Below, piece by piece: positions 23,819 through 36,267 of a DNA stretch of 64,000 bases. The stretch's first letter is position 1. Each line of letters begins with the position of its first letter. The notes below the pieces were generated by a model that did no database searches, was not told where the DNA came from, and saw only the letters and a list, made by a program, of their open reading frames with translations. A program made the translations under genes and the position numbers. This stretch comes from Perkinsus olseni (Eukaryota): NCBI GenBank assembly GCA_013115125.1, contig JABANN010000004.1, forward strand, positions 1 through 64,000. The letters run 5' to 3'.

Positions 23819-24719
23819 TCATCGACCATTCCTCACTCTCCGTAGTGTGACATGCGCTTCCCGTACGGTCGCTAGCTCAAGCGGCGTCAGCTCTCGCAGT
23901 AATCTCAACAATTTGTATGTTAAATACATAAGGTAGATGTAGGTAGCGATCCAGAAGGCCTGCAACGCGACGACAAGCTGTCCTACTTCGCTGGTGTGCT
24001 TCTCACCAATGGCCAGATGTTATAGGAAATGGCGAAGCCCAGATGAAGCGCTACTGCTGCTGTGAGATAGAATGAGAAGGCCAACAACAGCTTGCGATTC
24101 CGGAGTCTGAGATGAACTTTCATCCGCGACTAACATACAGATGTCTTACCGGGCCCCAACTATACCCAAAAGGGGCAGAATTCCGTGGAGGGCTATGAAT
24201 CGATATTGGTAGATGAAGAGCCAGAGAAGACTGGTCAGCATATCCAACACGCAGAGCATTTGAATGTTACTCACGTACCTGCCTTACAGTGGGATTCCAG
24301 TATGAGCTCGAGAAGCTTTGATTTACCGCAACAACCTCCCATAGATAACAGCTCGGTCAATTGAGACCAACGTGGGCAGGGATCCTTCGAGCTGCCTTGT
24401 GGTCGATCCTGGTTGAAGCGTATCACCACTGACTGGCCGCCCAAGGACGATCACCGGGTTCCCTGATGAGAATTCGCATTCTTGGTGGAGCCTGCCGCGA
24501 CAAAAAATTGTCAGGATCTAGGTTAGAGCGGGGCACATCGATGATTCTGCGAGAAACAACAACACCCGTGCCTTCCTCTAGATAGTTGAGTACTTCACTT
24601 CGCTGTACGGGAGCCCCTAGAGACTCACCACCCCATGCAAGACGACCGATCCGTGTTGATTCTTCCCAAGGGTCCAAGCATTGAGCCTCTTCAGACCGTC
24701 CACACATGCCATCGTTCAT
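23819..24719 (-). CDS. Hypothetical membrane protein with about 4 TM helices
   Basis: Spliced exons read IQMLCVLDMLTSLLWLFIY, FIALHGILPLLGIVGAR, KLLLAFSFYLTAAVALHLGFAI and LVVALQAFWIATYIYLMYLTYKLLR, joined by canonical GT-AG introns. Confidence 0.65.
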
Positions 24720-25394
24720 GCCTCTTCTAAATTAAGTTGTACATCGATTACATGGGCGTGCGCGATTTCACAGATCAACTTCCTGTTGTCAGTTGGTACT
24801 TCAGTGATGAATGATTCCCCGCCTTCCACAACTGGTAAAGTGAGCGGCGTCGAAGCGTGCGAGTGCTGGAAGTGTCACAAGCCAACCCCTCGCCTTAGTA
24901 AGGGGAAAGGAGACTTGCGTTGAGGGATTGTGATCGTCCGTCGACGTCAGGCTACTGCGTGTGGTGCGGCAACTTCCTCCTTTCGACGACGAAGACAATG
25001 GCGGTGGAAGAGGTCAAGGAACGAATGAATGTTCAGACGTGAGGGAAAGTGACAGAGTTTTGTGGACAGACGGCTCTCAATCGTCAGGCGTGATCGATCA
25101 ACCCAGAGTGACTTCGACGGTACGACGGGAAAAGCAGAGCCTTCCACTGGAGTGGCGGAGGGCTTCGAAGGCGAAGGGGCTAAGACGGAAGAATCTACCA
25201 AAAAGCAGCGTGTAACCGAGTGATGTTTCATCTTGTCTTGTGATGTGGTGTTGGTTTGTAGTTCTCCGCACATGCAACACTCAGTGATCTCTACCGAACC
25301 CGGATCGTGGTGAACGACAAGCGGCAGAGAAACTCAATATGAGAATTGCACGGAAACAGCAGCACAGTCAATCATACACATGGAAATGTAACCG

Positions 25395-25859
25395 TCACCA
25401 TCTGTCTTTGCCTTTAGCCAACCCTTGGGTATGCAAAGGATCGAGTAACTCATCCTTACGGCGGCTTTCCAGTCTTTTGAGCTGATACAAAGTGAATCAT
25501 ACGCGGTGCCTTGTGTCCATCAAGCCCACCTCGGCATCTATCAGGGCTCTCTCTTCATCAATCGACATCGCCCATTTACTCCGTTCCTGCGGTCCAGTGG
25601 CCTCGTTCCATTCCCGCATCTCATCCACGGAGAACTCTAGAGCTCTAGGTATCTCTGAACAACAACGAGATGGAGAAGCTAACACGTGGGACGATTTACT
25701 GAATATTTTGGGGTCTTGCATCTCACTCATCAAAATCCATCCGCACCCTACAAGTATACCGACGACGTTCATCATTCGGCGGTACTCCTTCGTGCCAGGC
25801 CTTTGTGCTGCAGTTTTGTATCGCTGCCACGCCTGGCTGAGCCATTGTGAACTCGACAT
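25395..25859 (-). CDS. Small single-TM protein, possibly mitochondrial
   Basis: MSSSQWLSQAWQRYKTAAQRPGTKEYRRMMNVVGILVGCGWILMSEMQDPKIF...LKRLESRRKDELLDPLHTQGLAKGKDRW*, with two short introns. Confidence 0.6.
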
Positions 25860-25996
25860 CCAATGACAATGAAGGGCAAGTGCTGGCTATCAACAAAACG
25901 GCAGATTGTTGAGCGGAAACAAGCTCATGAAAATCTAATATAAATCTGGCGGTAATATCAATCAGTCTTGATAAAAATCCATCTCGAGTCCGGATC

Positions 25997-26943
25997 TCAC
26001 ATGGCAACATACTCGGTCTTACCACCCTTTGTCACGAGTTTATATATAGCACCATTATCGGCGGTAACGGTACCCTCTGAGGACGGTGATCGCTTTCGAT
26101 GGCAGCTCAGCGTCGACCTTACCACTCCAGGCAACGATCCTTTCCGCTAGCTCATCACAGCTCGTCCAAGTAGTCCAGTCTTCGCCAGGCATCGCTTCAC
26201 GATTACCCGGAGTATCGAGAGTGACTGGGGCGATACCGACTACCTGTGGGAGTCACGTTAGTGATCATAATCCTGTCTACCGTGCAGACCTTCGCCCTCA
26301 ACGTCACGTCCGAGGCGAGACTGCCGATGAGATGATGCACAGCCGCTTTGGCACTACCATAAGCCAATCCCCAGGGTGTGGGTCTTTCAACGCACGCAGC
26401 GCCTGAGGTAGGGATGAAGCAAAGGGGCTTAGTCTGCGGGGGCGGTGCGGACCTGGGAGTAACAGCAGCCCGTTCTGCTTGAGGAAGTCACCAGCGAGCT
26501 TGGCTGAGATAAAGCTGGGATAAACTGATGAGGAGTACATGGCCTTCACGGACCTGCCAATCATAGTACTAGGAGGCAGCGACCAAAACTACGCGCTACT
26601 CAAAAATCGCATCATCATTGGCCCCTCCCATAGCGAAGCCACCGCTGACACAGACCACAGAGTCCAGCGGCTGGCCCCCAAGCAGGCCGGCATCCTTGAC
26701 TATCTTGGAGTGGCTCTCCTGCATGCTCATGGCCGGCTCCAGTTTGATCGTATCTGTCGCGCCTGGTATCTAAGGTCGAAGCGCGCTGCTCATGGCGAGG
26801 AGAGGAGTAGCTACCTTGTCTGTGAAGTCCACAGCAATGATGCGGTGCCACTTGGCCTGGTAAAAGGCATTCACCACTGAGCGGCCAAGGGCGCCACCAG
26901 CACCATAAACAAGTACTGTTGCACGAGAGTGAGGAGCGGGCAT
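25997..26943 (-). CDS. QDPR: Dihydropteridine reductase (SDR family)
   Basis: VLVYGAGGALGRSVVNAF, DSVVCVSGGFAMG, SVYPSFISAKLA, YGSAKAAVHHL (YxxxK) and IAPVTLDTPGNREAMP. Confidence 0.88.
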
Positions 26944-27172
26944 TGCTGGGATAAGCGACTGTACCACCTCCGTATTGAATAATGGATAACCCAAACCAAG
27001 ACTGGAGTAGGTAGTCTTAAGAAACTGCTGTGATAATGTACGACTACGGAGGACCTGGTGCAAGTTTATGACCGAATTCGCGGACTAATAATAGAGGGCC
27101 AACGGGTGAGCAGGAGCTGTTACTTAATACACTGATGGAAAAGAGGTAGGCAGTGCACATGCTTGAGTACAT

Positions 27173-29175
27173 TCATTCAGGGTCCTTCTTCTTCTTCACT
27201 TTCGAACCACACATTCCTTCTATAGGGGTTAGCTGGATAAAGGGCGCTGCCTCGTCCAAGTGCCTCCTCTCGGTGTCATTAGTGTAGTGACCGCTCATGT
27301 CGTAGAGCCTAAGCATAGTACGGGTTGACTCAGCGGCGACGCTATCTTGAGAAGACGATGAACACCGCAGCCAGTGAGGCTCTGCCTAACTATCGAGCAA
27401 TCACCTACTTCCCATCAGTCTCCAACGCTCGCGTGGCCGCCCATAACGGGTTATCGTTCGGGTCCTGCAGCACCGCTACCTGAGGGCAACCGAGGTTGAT
27501 GTGTGATGAGCCAGCACCAGTTAATTCCATGCGGCTCCGTACATGGAAGCATGCCTGCAGATCGTCGGAGGCCAGGACACCATCCATAGTCCAGGTAGTG
27601 TTAGGTAGTATCAGTCGTCCGTTGCTGGGCATCCAACCCTCTGTACACAGGGCTGGTAGAGTGTGGTCGAAGAAGGTCCTGCTCCAACTGCGAGAAGCAC
27701 TCAGGATCAACATGGGAGGCACTACGGTACTTCGTCTCGGACCAGCCAGCTGGGCTTCGGAAGTAATCCAATGCAATTAGATGGAATTGCTTGCGTCCCT
27801 GAGAGGAGGCGTAGTGCGAAGGCGGGACGTGTCGCGGACCCACCTCAGCTCCCCAAGCCTCCTGGAACGAGCTGAGCATCCGCCGAGGGTCATTGAAGTT
27901 GGTTTGGACATGCCTTGGGCCACCCCCCGTCACATAGCCAACCTAAGCGGCTGAGAATGACGGCGGTACCAGCGCTGCCCAGAGACGGCCCACCCGCTCC
28001 GGATGAGTTTTATCCACCGTGTAGACTTGGCAGCGGAAGTGCTCCTCCAACGCTACGATCCTCAGCGTGTCGCGCATACCTTGCCCTTCACTAAGGCAGC
28101 AGGGAAAATCACGACGAGCAGAAGAAAGATGATCACAGTACCATAGCCGCCGCTTCTCATTAGCATAGACCATCCCCAGCAGCAAGACGGACTGGCCTCG
28201 GAGGTCGAGAGGAGCGGGCCGGTCCAGCACTCTGTAACCGTTGGTGGCTGGCACTGAGCGAAGAACGATGCACCGAGTAGAGGGCGATGTTAAGAGCACT
28301 ACCTATGGCGCCTGGCCCCACACTAACCACCGCGCTCGGTATCAAAGGGACACCTAAGAGTTGCATAAATTAGAAAAACCCCTCGGGTACTTCCACCTTC
28401 GGCATCCCCATGAGTGGTAGGGTACTCGACATGCGACCTCCTGCGCTTCCTCGATGCCGGATCAATGGGTGGCAATGGCCCCCTCAGGCTGTGCCCGTGC
28501 CCTGGAAACTCCTGAGCATTGCTGGGCTGACTGGGGGATGGAGAGGACAATGAGGAACTGCGAAGAAGGGCAAGCTCCACCGAGATGACGATGCAGCGCG
28601 GCCGTACTCCAGGTAACACCGCAGTCTCCGAGGGTCAATCTTAAGCGAGTGCACCTCCTCGTCAGTGATGACTCCCTTCTTGAACGGCAGCACCGAACGA
28701 GGGACTAGCGAATCACTGTGGGACCTGGCCGAACTCGAGGTCGAGACCTCAGCCACATCTGGGGAGTGAGTCAGCAAAAGAGGGGTTATTGGTGCTGCTG
28801 CCGGACTGCTGGACTCTGAGTAATCTGGTGACATCTCCGCCAGCGAGCACAGCCTCGCCGCTCTGTGAGGAGGAGGAAAGCGGATCTGCGACGAGGGCAA
28901 GGTACGCCTTGCTGCTAAGCGGCACTTACTTCCCTCAGCTCTTGCGTAACTATGCAACCTTTCATCTGCCTGGAGGCTAATACCTTCGTCTGTACGGAAC
29001 CAGGCTGTGCACACAGAGAGGCATGCCGGTCGGGCCAGTCCGGCGCTGGCCGGAAGGCTTCAGCAGGCTCAGGGCCCGCAGTCGATCCCGCAGATGAGGA
29101 TCCTTCCCTAGAAGGAGAGCTACTCCAAGGGAGGTCGCGTGGACGGTATCTCGTTTGAGATATCGTCATGCTCAC
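27173..29175 (-). CDS. Hypothetical protein with disordered N-terminus and C-terminal Rossmann/methyltransferase-like domain
   Basis: Exons give QSVLLLGMVY...CQVYTVDK...HVQTNFNDPRR...FHLIALDYFRSPAGW...FFDHTLPAL...GRLILPN, ending VKKKKDPE*. Confidence 0.55.
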
Positions 29176-29302
29176 CCCGAACGCTCACGGAGTATACAGT
29201 AAAACAATCCTGCGACGAACATGGTACGGTTACAGCAATAGCGCAACAGGGGCCCCAAACTGAGTTAAACGGCGAAGTCTGATGGCTGCACTTGGGATTT
29301 GA

Positions 29303-30283
29303 TTAGAGGAACTCATACCAAATGGTGAAACAAAGGCAAATACCAAAAACAGTACCTGAGGAGACAGGGCCCCAGTCCCCGCTGCAAACTTTGCAAGGCA
29401 GTTCTACGCTCCCCGGGTCCCTGGCTAGCTCACCTAGAATTATTCTGCCTCTGAGCTGCCGATTCTGTATCCGCTTTACTAAGTCGTTGACACTTGGAAG
29501 ATGCGAAGTACCTGCGGGTGACACCATATACGCAGATGACGCCATTTTGCCCTGTCCTTACCTACGACCAACAGCTTCCCTTTCACCTTCGATAGAATGC
29601 TGTTCTGCTGCTGCATCTTGTTCCGTGTCCCTGCTGCGGATGAGTACATGTCGTCCAGCTCGCGGATGGAAGATTCTATCCCACTCCGTTCCCGGAGGAG
29701 GTTTCCTGAGGCATCCTAGCTCGACCATACCCAGCTCCATCGGAGCCTACGCTCATCGTCATCTCCCCCGCGGCTCTCACTCTCCTGGCCAGTAGCGGTT
29801 CCCATCAGGCGGGCATGCTGGAGTGATGCGTCGACGCTACTGGAGAGCCGTTTGTACTGCTGACGAAGGTCCTGGCAACAAGACGAACACCTCTCCGGAG
29901 ACTGCACACTACCGTCGTTGGTCTAACCTGTAGTATGCCCTGCTCACGCTGGAGCTGGGCACGCTGGGCGGTCGAGCTAGCGAATTCGCTCATGTTCCGT
30001 ACTGCCGATTCCAGATCGACGAGATTTTCGCCGATTGAAACTCGGAGGTTAGCTACGACCTGGCCAGACTGTCCTTCAGACTGCCATTTATACAGCGCTG
30101 ACCTTCATTTTCGCTTCCCCATACGGAGCCTGCTTGTCCCCCTCCTCTCTGATCGTCGCTACTATCCGGGCTAGCTCGCTGATACCAGCGTCCGTACAAC
30201 GTACCATCTGAGGTGACGACCGCTGATCCTACCACTTGGCCTTGAGTGCTACCTCTCTCGCCTGCACCTTGGCGTCTTCCCAT
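29303..30283 (-). CDS. Hypothetical coiled-coil protein (3' end approximate)
   Basis: Multi-exon frames such as VVANLRVSIGENLVDLESAVRNMSEFASSTAQRAQLQREQGILQ and CQDLRQQYKRLSSSVDASLQHARL. No family recognised. Confidence 0.45.
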
Positions 30284-31897
30284 GAGCCCGCTGGTCGGTG
30301 CCGGAACTCAACTTCGTCTGAAACTAACATTGTTGCGATAAAAAAACTGCGTGTACATCACGAGCCTCCTAATCGGTGCCTGACAATCAGTGTCCGAGAT
30401 TGCTGATTGGAGGTCATGAGTTCTCATAGCTGAAATACCGAGATATCGACATCATCAATCAATGGACTCTGTACACATGATAGTGATAGAAAAGTGTAGT
30501 CCAGCAGCGAGTGATGAACAAGAAAGCCTTGATGGGAAATGGTGGTAGCCGTACCCCAGCTGCCATCTCACTGCCGGTGATTCTCGTACTGATCTGAACC
30601 ATCACCAACCTCCTCATATACTTCAAACGCAAGAGAGGCAATGTTGAAAAGGGAGGCATATAACCAAGACAAACGACATCATCAGGGGTACTGCCGGTCA
30701 TCATCATAATCGCATCAACGGTAGCCAGTGACTTGAGTAACCGCATCCGCATGGCGGGTAAGACCACCATCCGATACCACTCAGGCTGCTCAAGAGGCGT
30801 AACATGCACACAGCCTTTGCAAAGGGGCATGCACTAGTAGTATCCGGTGGCTCCGTGTGAAGAGACATGAAGGGGTTCTAAGCACTACCATCAGCTGCTG
30901 CTGCTATTCCTAGGGACCGACAAGCACTTTTGCTGTTGTTATTCTAATTAGTTGGATCTAGTGACGACTATGGGGGAGCAGAAGACCATCTACAAGAAAA
31001 GTATCAGACAAAATTCGAGGTGGTCTGGTTAGTGCATATAGTATGGTAGGTGTGGTAGTAGCAGTGACGACAATAACAATCAATGTGCATAGTAGTTCCG
31101 GCGACCGCCGTCATCAACGACCATGCTCAAATGCGACCATCTCAAACCTAAGGTTTTGTCACCATTTCCGTGCATGTGTATGAGTAGTAGGAGTAGGAGA
31201 AGGGTGGGTAGCATTGTGGTAATAATAATAATGAGATTCGGCATTATTCATGCCATTCTAGTCACAGCACATTCATCAATGTTGCAGTTGCTTTGATAAT
31301 AATAATAGTCCTTGTAGTAGTAGAAGTAGTAACACCATAATGCATCACCATCATACAAACGACTAACATGACTACTACGAGAGGTGGGGTGCAGAGCGTA
31401 GACGGAGAAGAGAGAGAACTGCCCCGCTAGAAGAACCGCCATCCACGCCTGCATATACGTTTGAACGAGGAAGAATATACTCACCTCGGCTGGCGCTACA
31501 GAGAGCACATCGAAAAGAGTTACTAAGCCGACACTCGAATGTGCAACGCTGCGAATTAATAGAGACACCTGCATAGTGGTTGTGGTAGTAGTTGAAGTTG
31601 CTCGCAATTCGAGACGCCTGAGCTCGCGCTGAGGCGGTGGGGTATCGTCTAAGGTTGTTGAACTGCAGCAGTAGGAGCAGTAGGAGGAGGAGGTGTTGCT
31701 GGGCAATGCAGGAAACACTTGAAGCGGTGAAGGGCGGCGAGAGTAGAATAGCCGGCGGATTGATATGATGATGATGGCCTTGCATATTGACATAACATAA
31801 TGAAGCCGTCCACCACGGGATAGAAGGACATGATGATGATAGTAACTACGGTGGGACTGAGCAGTACACTTGGTCGAGCCTAGTGCTACCTTATTCA

Positions 31898-34187
31898 CTA
31901 TTGGCGCCAGAACCGCCAAGTAGTGACCTCAGAGCCTTTGCCTCGGCCCCCTGGCTCATCCATAAGGCCGATACCATTAGCTCTGAGTAGGTCTCTGATT
32001 CTATCAGCTTCTTTGAAGTTGCACACTCTTCTTGCGTTGTTCCTCTCTTCGATAAGACGTTCAATCTCCTCAACAGATGGCATGCCAGGTGGCATCTCGA
32101 AGTGATCAGCACCACCTCCGTAGCTTGGACCGAAAATTGGGTGGAACTCGCCACCATTCCACAGCTCGCCAGAGCGGCCCCTTTCGAAGCTGGAGTACCC
32201 GCTCTGTTGGCGTCCTTCACGTCTCCTGCTGCCTTGTCCCGAAGCCGGTGATGCATCAGTCGGAGCCGTCGGACTTGAGACCAAAGGATGCTCCTTAATG
32301 AGTACTTGAAGGTCCTCTGGATAGGGTATGTTCCTCTCTTTGCAAAAGAGACGATACTCTCCATAAACTTGTTCCAACAGCATGCGCATTTCCGCCACTG
32401 CAATCCTGTACCTGACAAAGAGCCTCACTACCGCATCGAATGATTCAGATAAAACACCCACCCCTCCGGGTCCTTGCATGAAACGCACATGTGCAGTGGC
32501 TCATTGGACTCCTGCTTAGCCGTACCCTCGAGGAAGCCCGAGCCTTGGCCGCGGAGACGGAGCTTGGCGTCAGACAGCTTGACAATCCTCTTCATATTGG
32601 CACCCTTCTGGCCTATCAGTCGCCTGGCGACGTGGAACTCCCTATCGTTCTCAATACCAATCTCGAAGCGGCATGTGTACTTCCTTATTCTACCACCATC
32701 CATACCAGTATCGTGCGGTGACGATACACTAGAAGGCGCCGGGAAGCTGCAGTTCGCAGTGGTCCCGGGCAGACTTTGAGCCATTGGTGCAGGCGGTGGT
32801 GGAGGCGGCGGTGGCGGAGGAGCCGAGATGTTGGAGGCGAGCCGCGGCGGGGGCGGGGGCGCGTATGGTCTACTATCAACCGATGAGGGAGGGGGTGGGT
32901 GTAACCAGGCGGGTGGGGGCAAGTCCGACACGATCGGGGAAGAGTCACCGCCGCCGGGATTGTGCCTGGCAGCAGGATCATTCTGATCTCGGTTACGACT
33001 TTAGCGCTACCATTGGACGCTGAGGCTTCCTCGGACCCCATTGAGCATCTTCCCGTGCAAGTCTCTGACAGCATGGTCCGCTTCGGCCATGCTCGAGAAA
33101 CGGATTATCGCGGACCCTCCGTCCGGGTTGACGGTGACCTCCCGTACTTCACCGTAGCGAGAGAACACCTGACCGTTGAAAAAGGAATCAGGTCTGAAGG
33201 CGGCGTGACGACATGGCTGTTTTACTTTCCGCAGATCGTCTTCTGTCAACTGATAGCTGAAGTTAACTCCCTCAACGGTGACAGATACGACTGGCACACT
33301 GGGCAGCCGCGGTATCTCCACCTGAGGCAGGCGAGATATCGAGAGACTTTGAAAGGAGGTTCCAAGTACCACCATCGACGATTGCTAGTACTACCTGCGG
33401 GAAATTCGGTACATGTGGTGGTGCTGAGGGATAAGCGCCACCACTCTGAACATACAAGGGCCTCGTACCATCAAACGGCCGAGTATAGGGCACTGGACTT
33501 ACTGCCGAGAACGGCATTGACAACTTCCCTGCAACTGCCTGGGTTGTATTGAAGTAGTTGATCAAATGGGAGTAGATATGCTGCACCTGTTGGGGATCTT
33601 TCGAGCTTCAGCTACTTATAATCATCCACCTACAGCCTGCTGTTGAGCCTCGGTCCCTCCCGGATGACCGTTGTAGGGTGGAAGGGTGGGTGCCGCATTG
33701 CCAGTAGTAGCAGCAGCTGTTGAAATAGAGGTCCCAATAGAGGGCAAGCTCGGCAAGCCAAGCGGGGGATGCTAAACAAAGGCGGGAGTGAAGGGAGGGG
33801 GAATGCAGCCATCACCCACATGACCATTGGCTCCATCACTCTGCATTTGCTTCTGTCTATTCATGACAAGTTGGTTGACAACCTATCGAAGGAGGGACAG
33901 TGAGGCTTTGAGTGAAACGGTCGTGTGGGCCGACCTGCTCCAAGGCGGCTGAATCCATAGTCCGAGTGTCCGGTAAGAACGGTTTAGGTTCCCCGATACC
34001 GCCCCCAGGAGGGCAACCATAAGCTGAAGTATCCATGATAGAGGGGCTTAAGAGGGGCCGTCTCCAAGCTACCATGCTGTTGTTGCTGTTGTTGCTGTTG
34101 TTGCTGTTGTTGCTGTTGTTGTTCTTGCTGTTGAGGGACGTAAGGGTCCATCCCTCCAGGAGCATCGCCATAATAAGCACTTCTCAT
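31898..34187 (-). CDS. RNA-binding protein: polyQ, RRM, SF1/KHDC4-type KH domain, C-terminal CysRS anticodon-binding-like domain
   Basis: RRM LTEDDLRKVFSRYGEVREVTV...SAIIRFSSMAEADHAVRDLHG; KH FHVARRLIGQKGANMKRI...KLRLRGQGSGFLEG...EPLHMCVS; tail EEIERLIEERNNARRVCNFKEADRIRDLLRANGIGLMDEPG...TTWR. Confidence 0.85.
34077..34133 (-). repeat. (CAACAACAG)n repeat encoding poly-Gln
   Basis: Tandem CTGTTGTTG units on the + strand, in the first exon of the RRM-KH gene. Confidence 0.9.
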
Positions 34188-34445
34188 TGCTTCAGCCAAA
34201 ATCCTTCAATCAATCTTCAAAAGCCGCAAAGGGGGAATGCAAATGCAGATGTACAAATTACGCTGCTGAAAACACCACTGTCACCATAACGACCGTCACC
34301 AAGTCAAAGCGCGCTTTTCGAACAGGCAACTTCGCTCCGCTCAAATTTTCGGAATTGGATCTTGCGCACTCGTGTACTTAAAGCGAGACGTGCTGTCTGC
34401 AGTGCTCGTACAGGTGTCACCTTTGAAAGTATCCATTTCCTCAGT

Positions 34446-34887
34446 ATGGGCTTCCTACGACGAAGAGCTAACAAGGTCAGCGCTGCCCAGGCTGTCCCTC
34501 TGGAGCCCCTACCGACATCAGCATCGCAAGCTAGGGCCGAGCTAGAGAAGGAAAAGAAGAAAGATTCGTTACTTGATGGACACCCAATGTTGAGTAGGTC
34601 GGGGGTTCTACCGATAAGGAACGACAGTCGGGCAATAGGGATCCATCAACCAAAGGCTACGCTCATACCTGGCGTCCGACTCTGGGGTGTTGTCTCCGCG
34701 TGTAACGCCAGACGTAGTGTACTTCGTCCATTGGGCTTCTAATCATATAAGAGCAGTGGAACGCGTCGGGCAGAAAATCTGAACGGTTGCTGTATCATGA
34801 GATGGTTTACCAGGTCAAGCCGTTATCAACTTTGCCGTCTTGGTGGCCCTCGCGCTGTGTTATCTTATCCTCAAGAAGTTTCTCTGA
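34446..34887 (+). CDS. Small hypothetical protein, possibly tail-anchored
   Basis: MGFLRRRANKVSAAQAVPLEPLP... start; a downstream frame reads AVINFAVLVALALCYLILKKFL*. Splice phase not resolved. Confidence 0.4.
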
Positions 34888-35497
34888 ATGGAGCCTCAAA
34901 CGTACATTTATGGTCACCGCTCCGCCTCACAGTCACCAGCTCGTGCCACGTTCCAAGCAACAGCCCCCTGTGGAGTTGTTAACCGCCGCGGATGTTTTGC
35001 TTTCACGGGGTGTCATAGGGGAAATGCGCCTTTTCGTATAACCATTGCGGGAAGTGCTCGGAGGTGGCCGCCGATTCCGAAAGCCCTCGGGAGGGGCTTC
35101 TACCACGAAGAAAATGGCCATGCCCGGAGGCGTTGTCGAGTGCTGTTAATGTCTAGTTGACCCTAAAGCTCACACATTAGAAATGTTTTGATGTGTGAGA
35201 TCCGTAATTGTCAATGATCGAATTCTTAGTAAAGTCTGTCGTCGTCCATAATGGCTTTTTTTGCGTTCTTGAAATTAAGATTTTCCCTCAACGTCTGATA
35301 ATACGGTAATGATTCTGGTGGCACCTTCTGGGGTTCAAAAACCTCTTACCCTCAACTACTCTGCGGCACCGAAAATCTAAGAGAAATTTATAGAGAACTT
35401 CTGTTGAAACACCCTGTAGCATCGACAACTCGGGGCGCTAGGAAGGAGGTTACCCGGGGCGAGTGACAGGTTGGAAGAAAATTTTCTTCACTAAACG

Positions 35498-36145
35498 ATG
35501 TCAAAAGATACGTCCAGTAGATGGACCGACGCAGCGGCAGTTGTAGGCGGAGTTCTGGCTGCTTACTTCCTGTAAGGCTGGGCAGCATCAACTGGATGAC
35601 CTCAGAACTATCCGGGTTGCCTTCACCAGGTATGAAACTTATCAAGACTACCGAGAGCGTCGGAGGCAAGAGGAATGGGAGCGGTTGGTGGCACGAATGA
35701 CCATACCAGCTAGAGATGGTTGGACGGTGAGCCTGGCGTCTCGCACTGTTCAGAGGATATCTTGACACAGGCGAATGAGCTGAGAGTTTATGACGGATCT
35801 GATAACACTCCGATCCTGATTGGCGTCAAGGATAAAGTTTATAACGTGTGGACTAAGGCGGATCTCTATGGCCCGGGCGGCGGGTGAGCTATTGTCTTAT
35901 CAAGTGCGGTGTCACCACTTGTTGGTACAGGTATCACATCTTTGCTGGCCGTGATGCATCCCGGTTGCTGGCAAAGGGTATCCTCAAAGATTCAGAGGAC
36001 AATGGAGAGGTTCGTATGGGTGACAGTCGCTTGGGAGTAGTGATGGGTACCTTAGGCGTTGACCAAGCAAGAGATGAATCAGCTCGATGACTGGGCTCAG
36101 ATGTTCGAGTCCAAGTACCCTTGCGTTGGCACTATGGCGAAGTAG
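35498..36145 (+). CDS. Membrane-anchored cytochrome b5-like heme/steroid-binding protein (MAPR/PGRMC/Dap1 family)
   Basis: N-terminal TM DAAAVVGGVLAAYFL; ELRVYDGSDNTPILIGVKDKVYNV...LYGPGG.YHIFAGRDASRLLAK...LDDWAQMFESKYPCVG. Confidence 0.9.
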
Positions 36146-36267
36146 TTAATATTTTACGGAGATGGTTTCTCCAATTTGTTAATCGTTCTCAACGGTACGA
36201 GTGTTGTGTTCGTCACCTTATTGTATGGAGGTTTAGTATCTTTTAAGGCTATGACAGTTGTGGTTCT

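Noticed and set aside
24780-25300. Possible small minus-strand gene
   Set aside because: Only short ORFs; no consistent spliced model or motif could be built.
30459-31919. Minus-strand ORFs of 123-223 aa
   Set aside because: Low-complexity translations from microsatellite-rich sequence with no domain or consistent exon structure.
35079-35100. GAAAGCCCTCGGGAGGGGCTT as a possible RNase MRP/P P4 signature
   Set aside because: The two halves are adjacent and form only a local hairpin; no other conserved regions were found.
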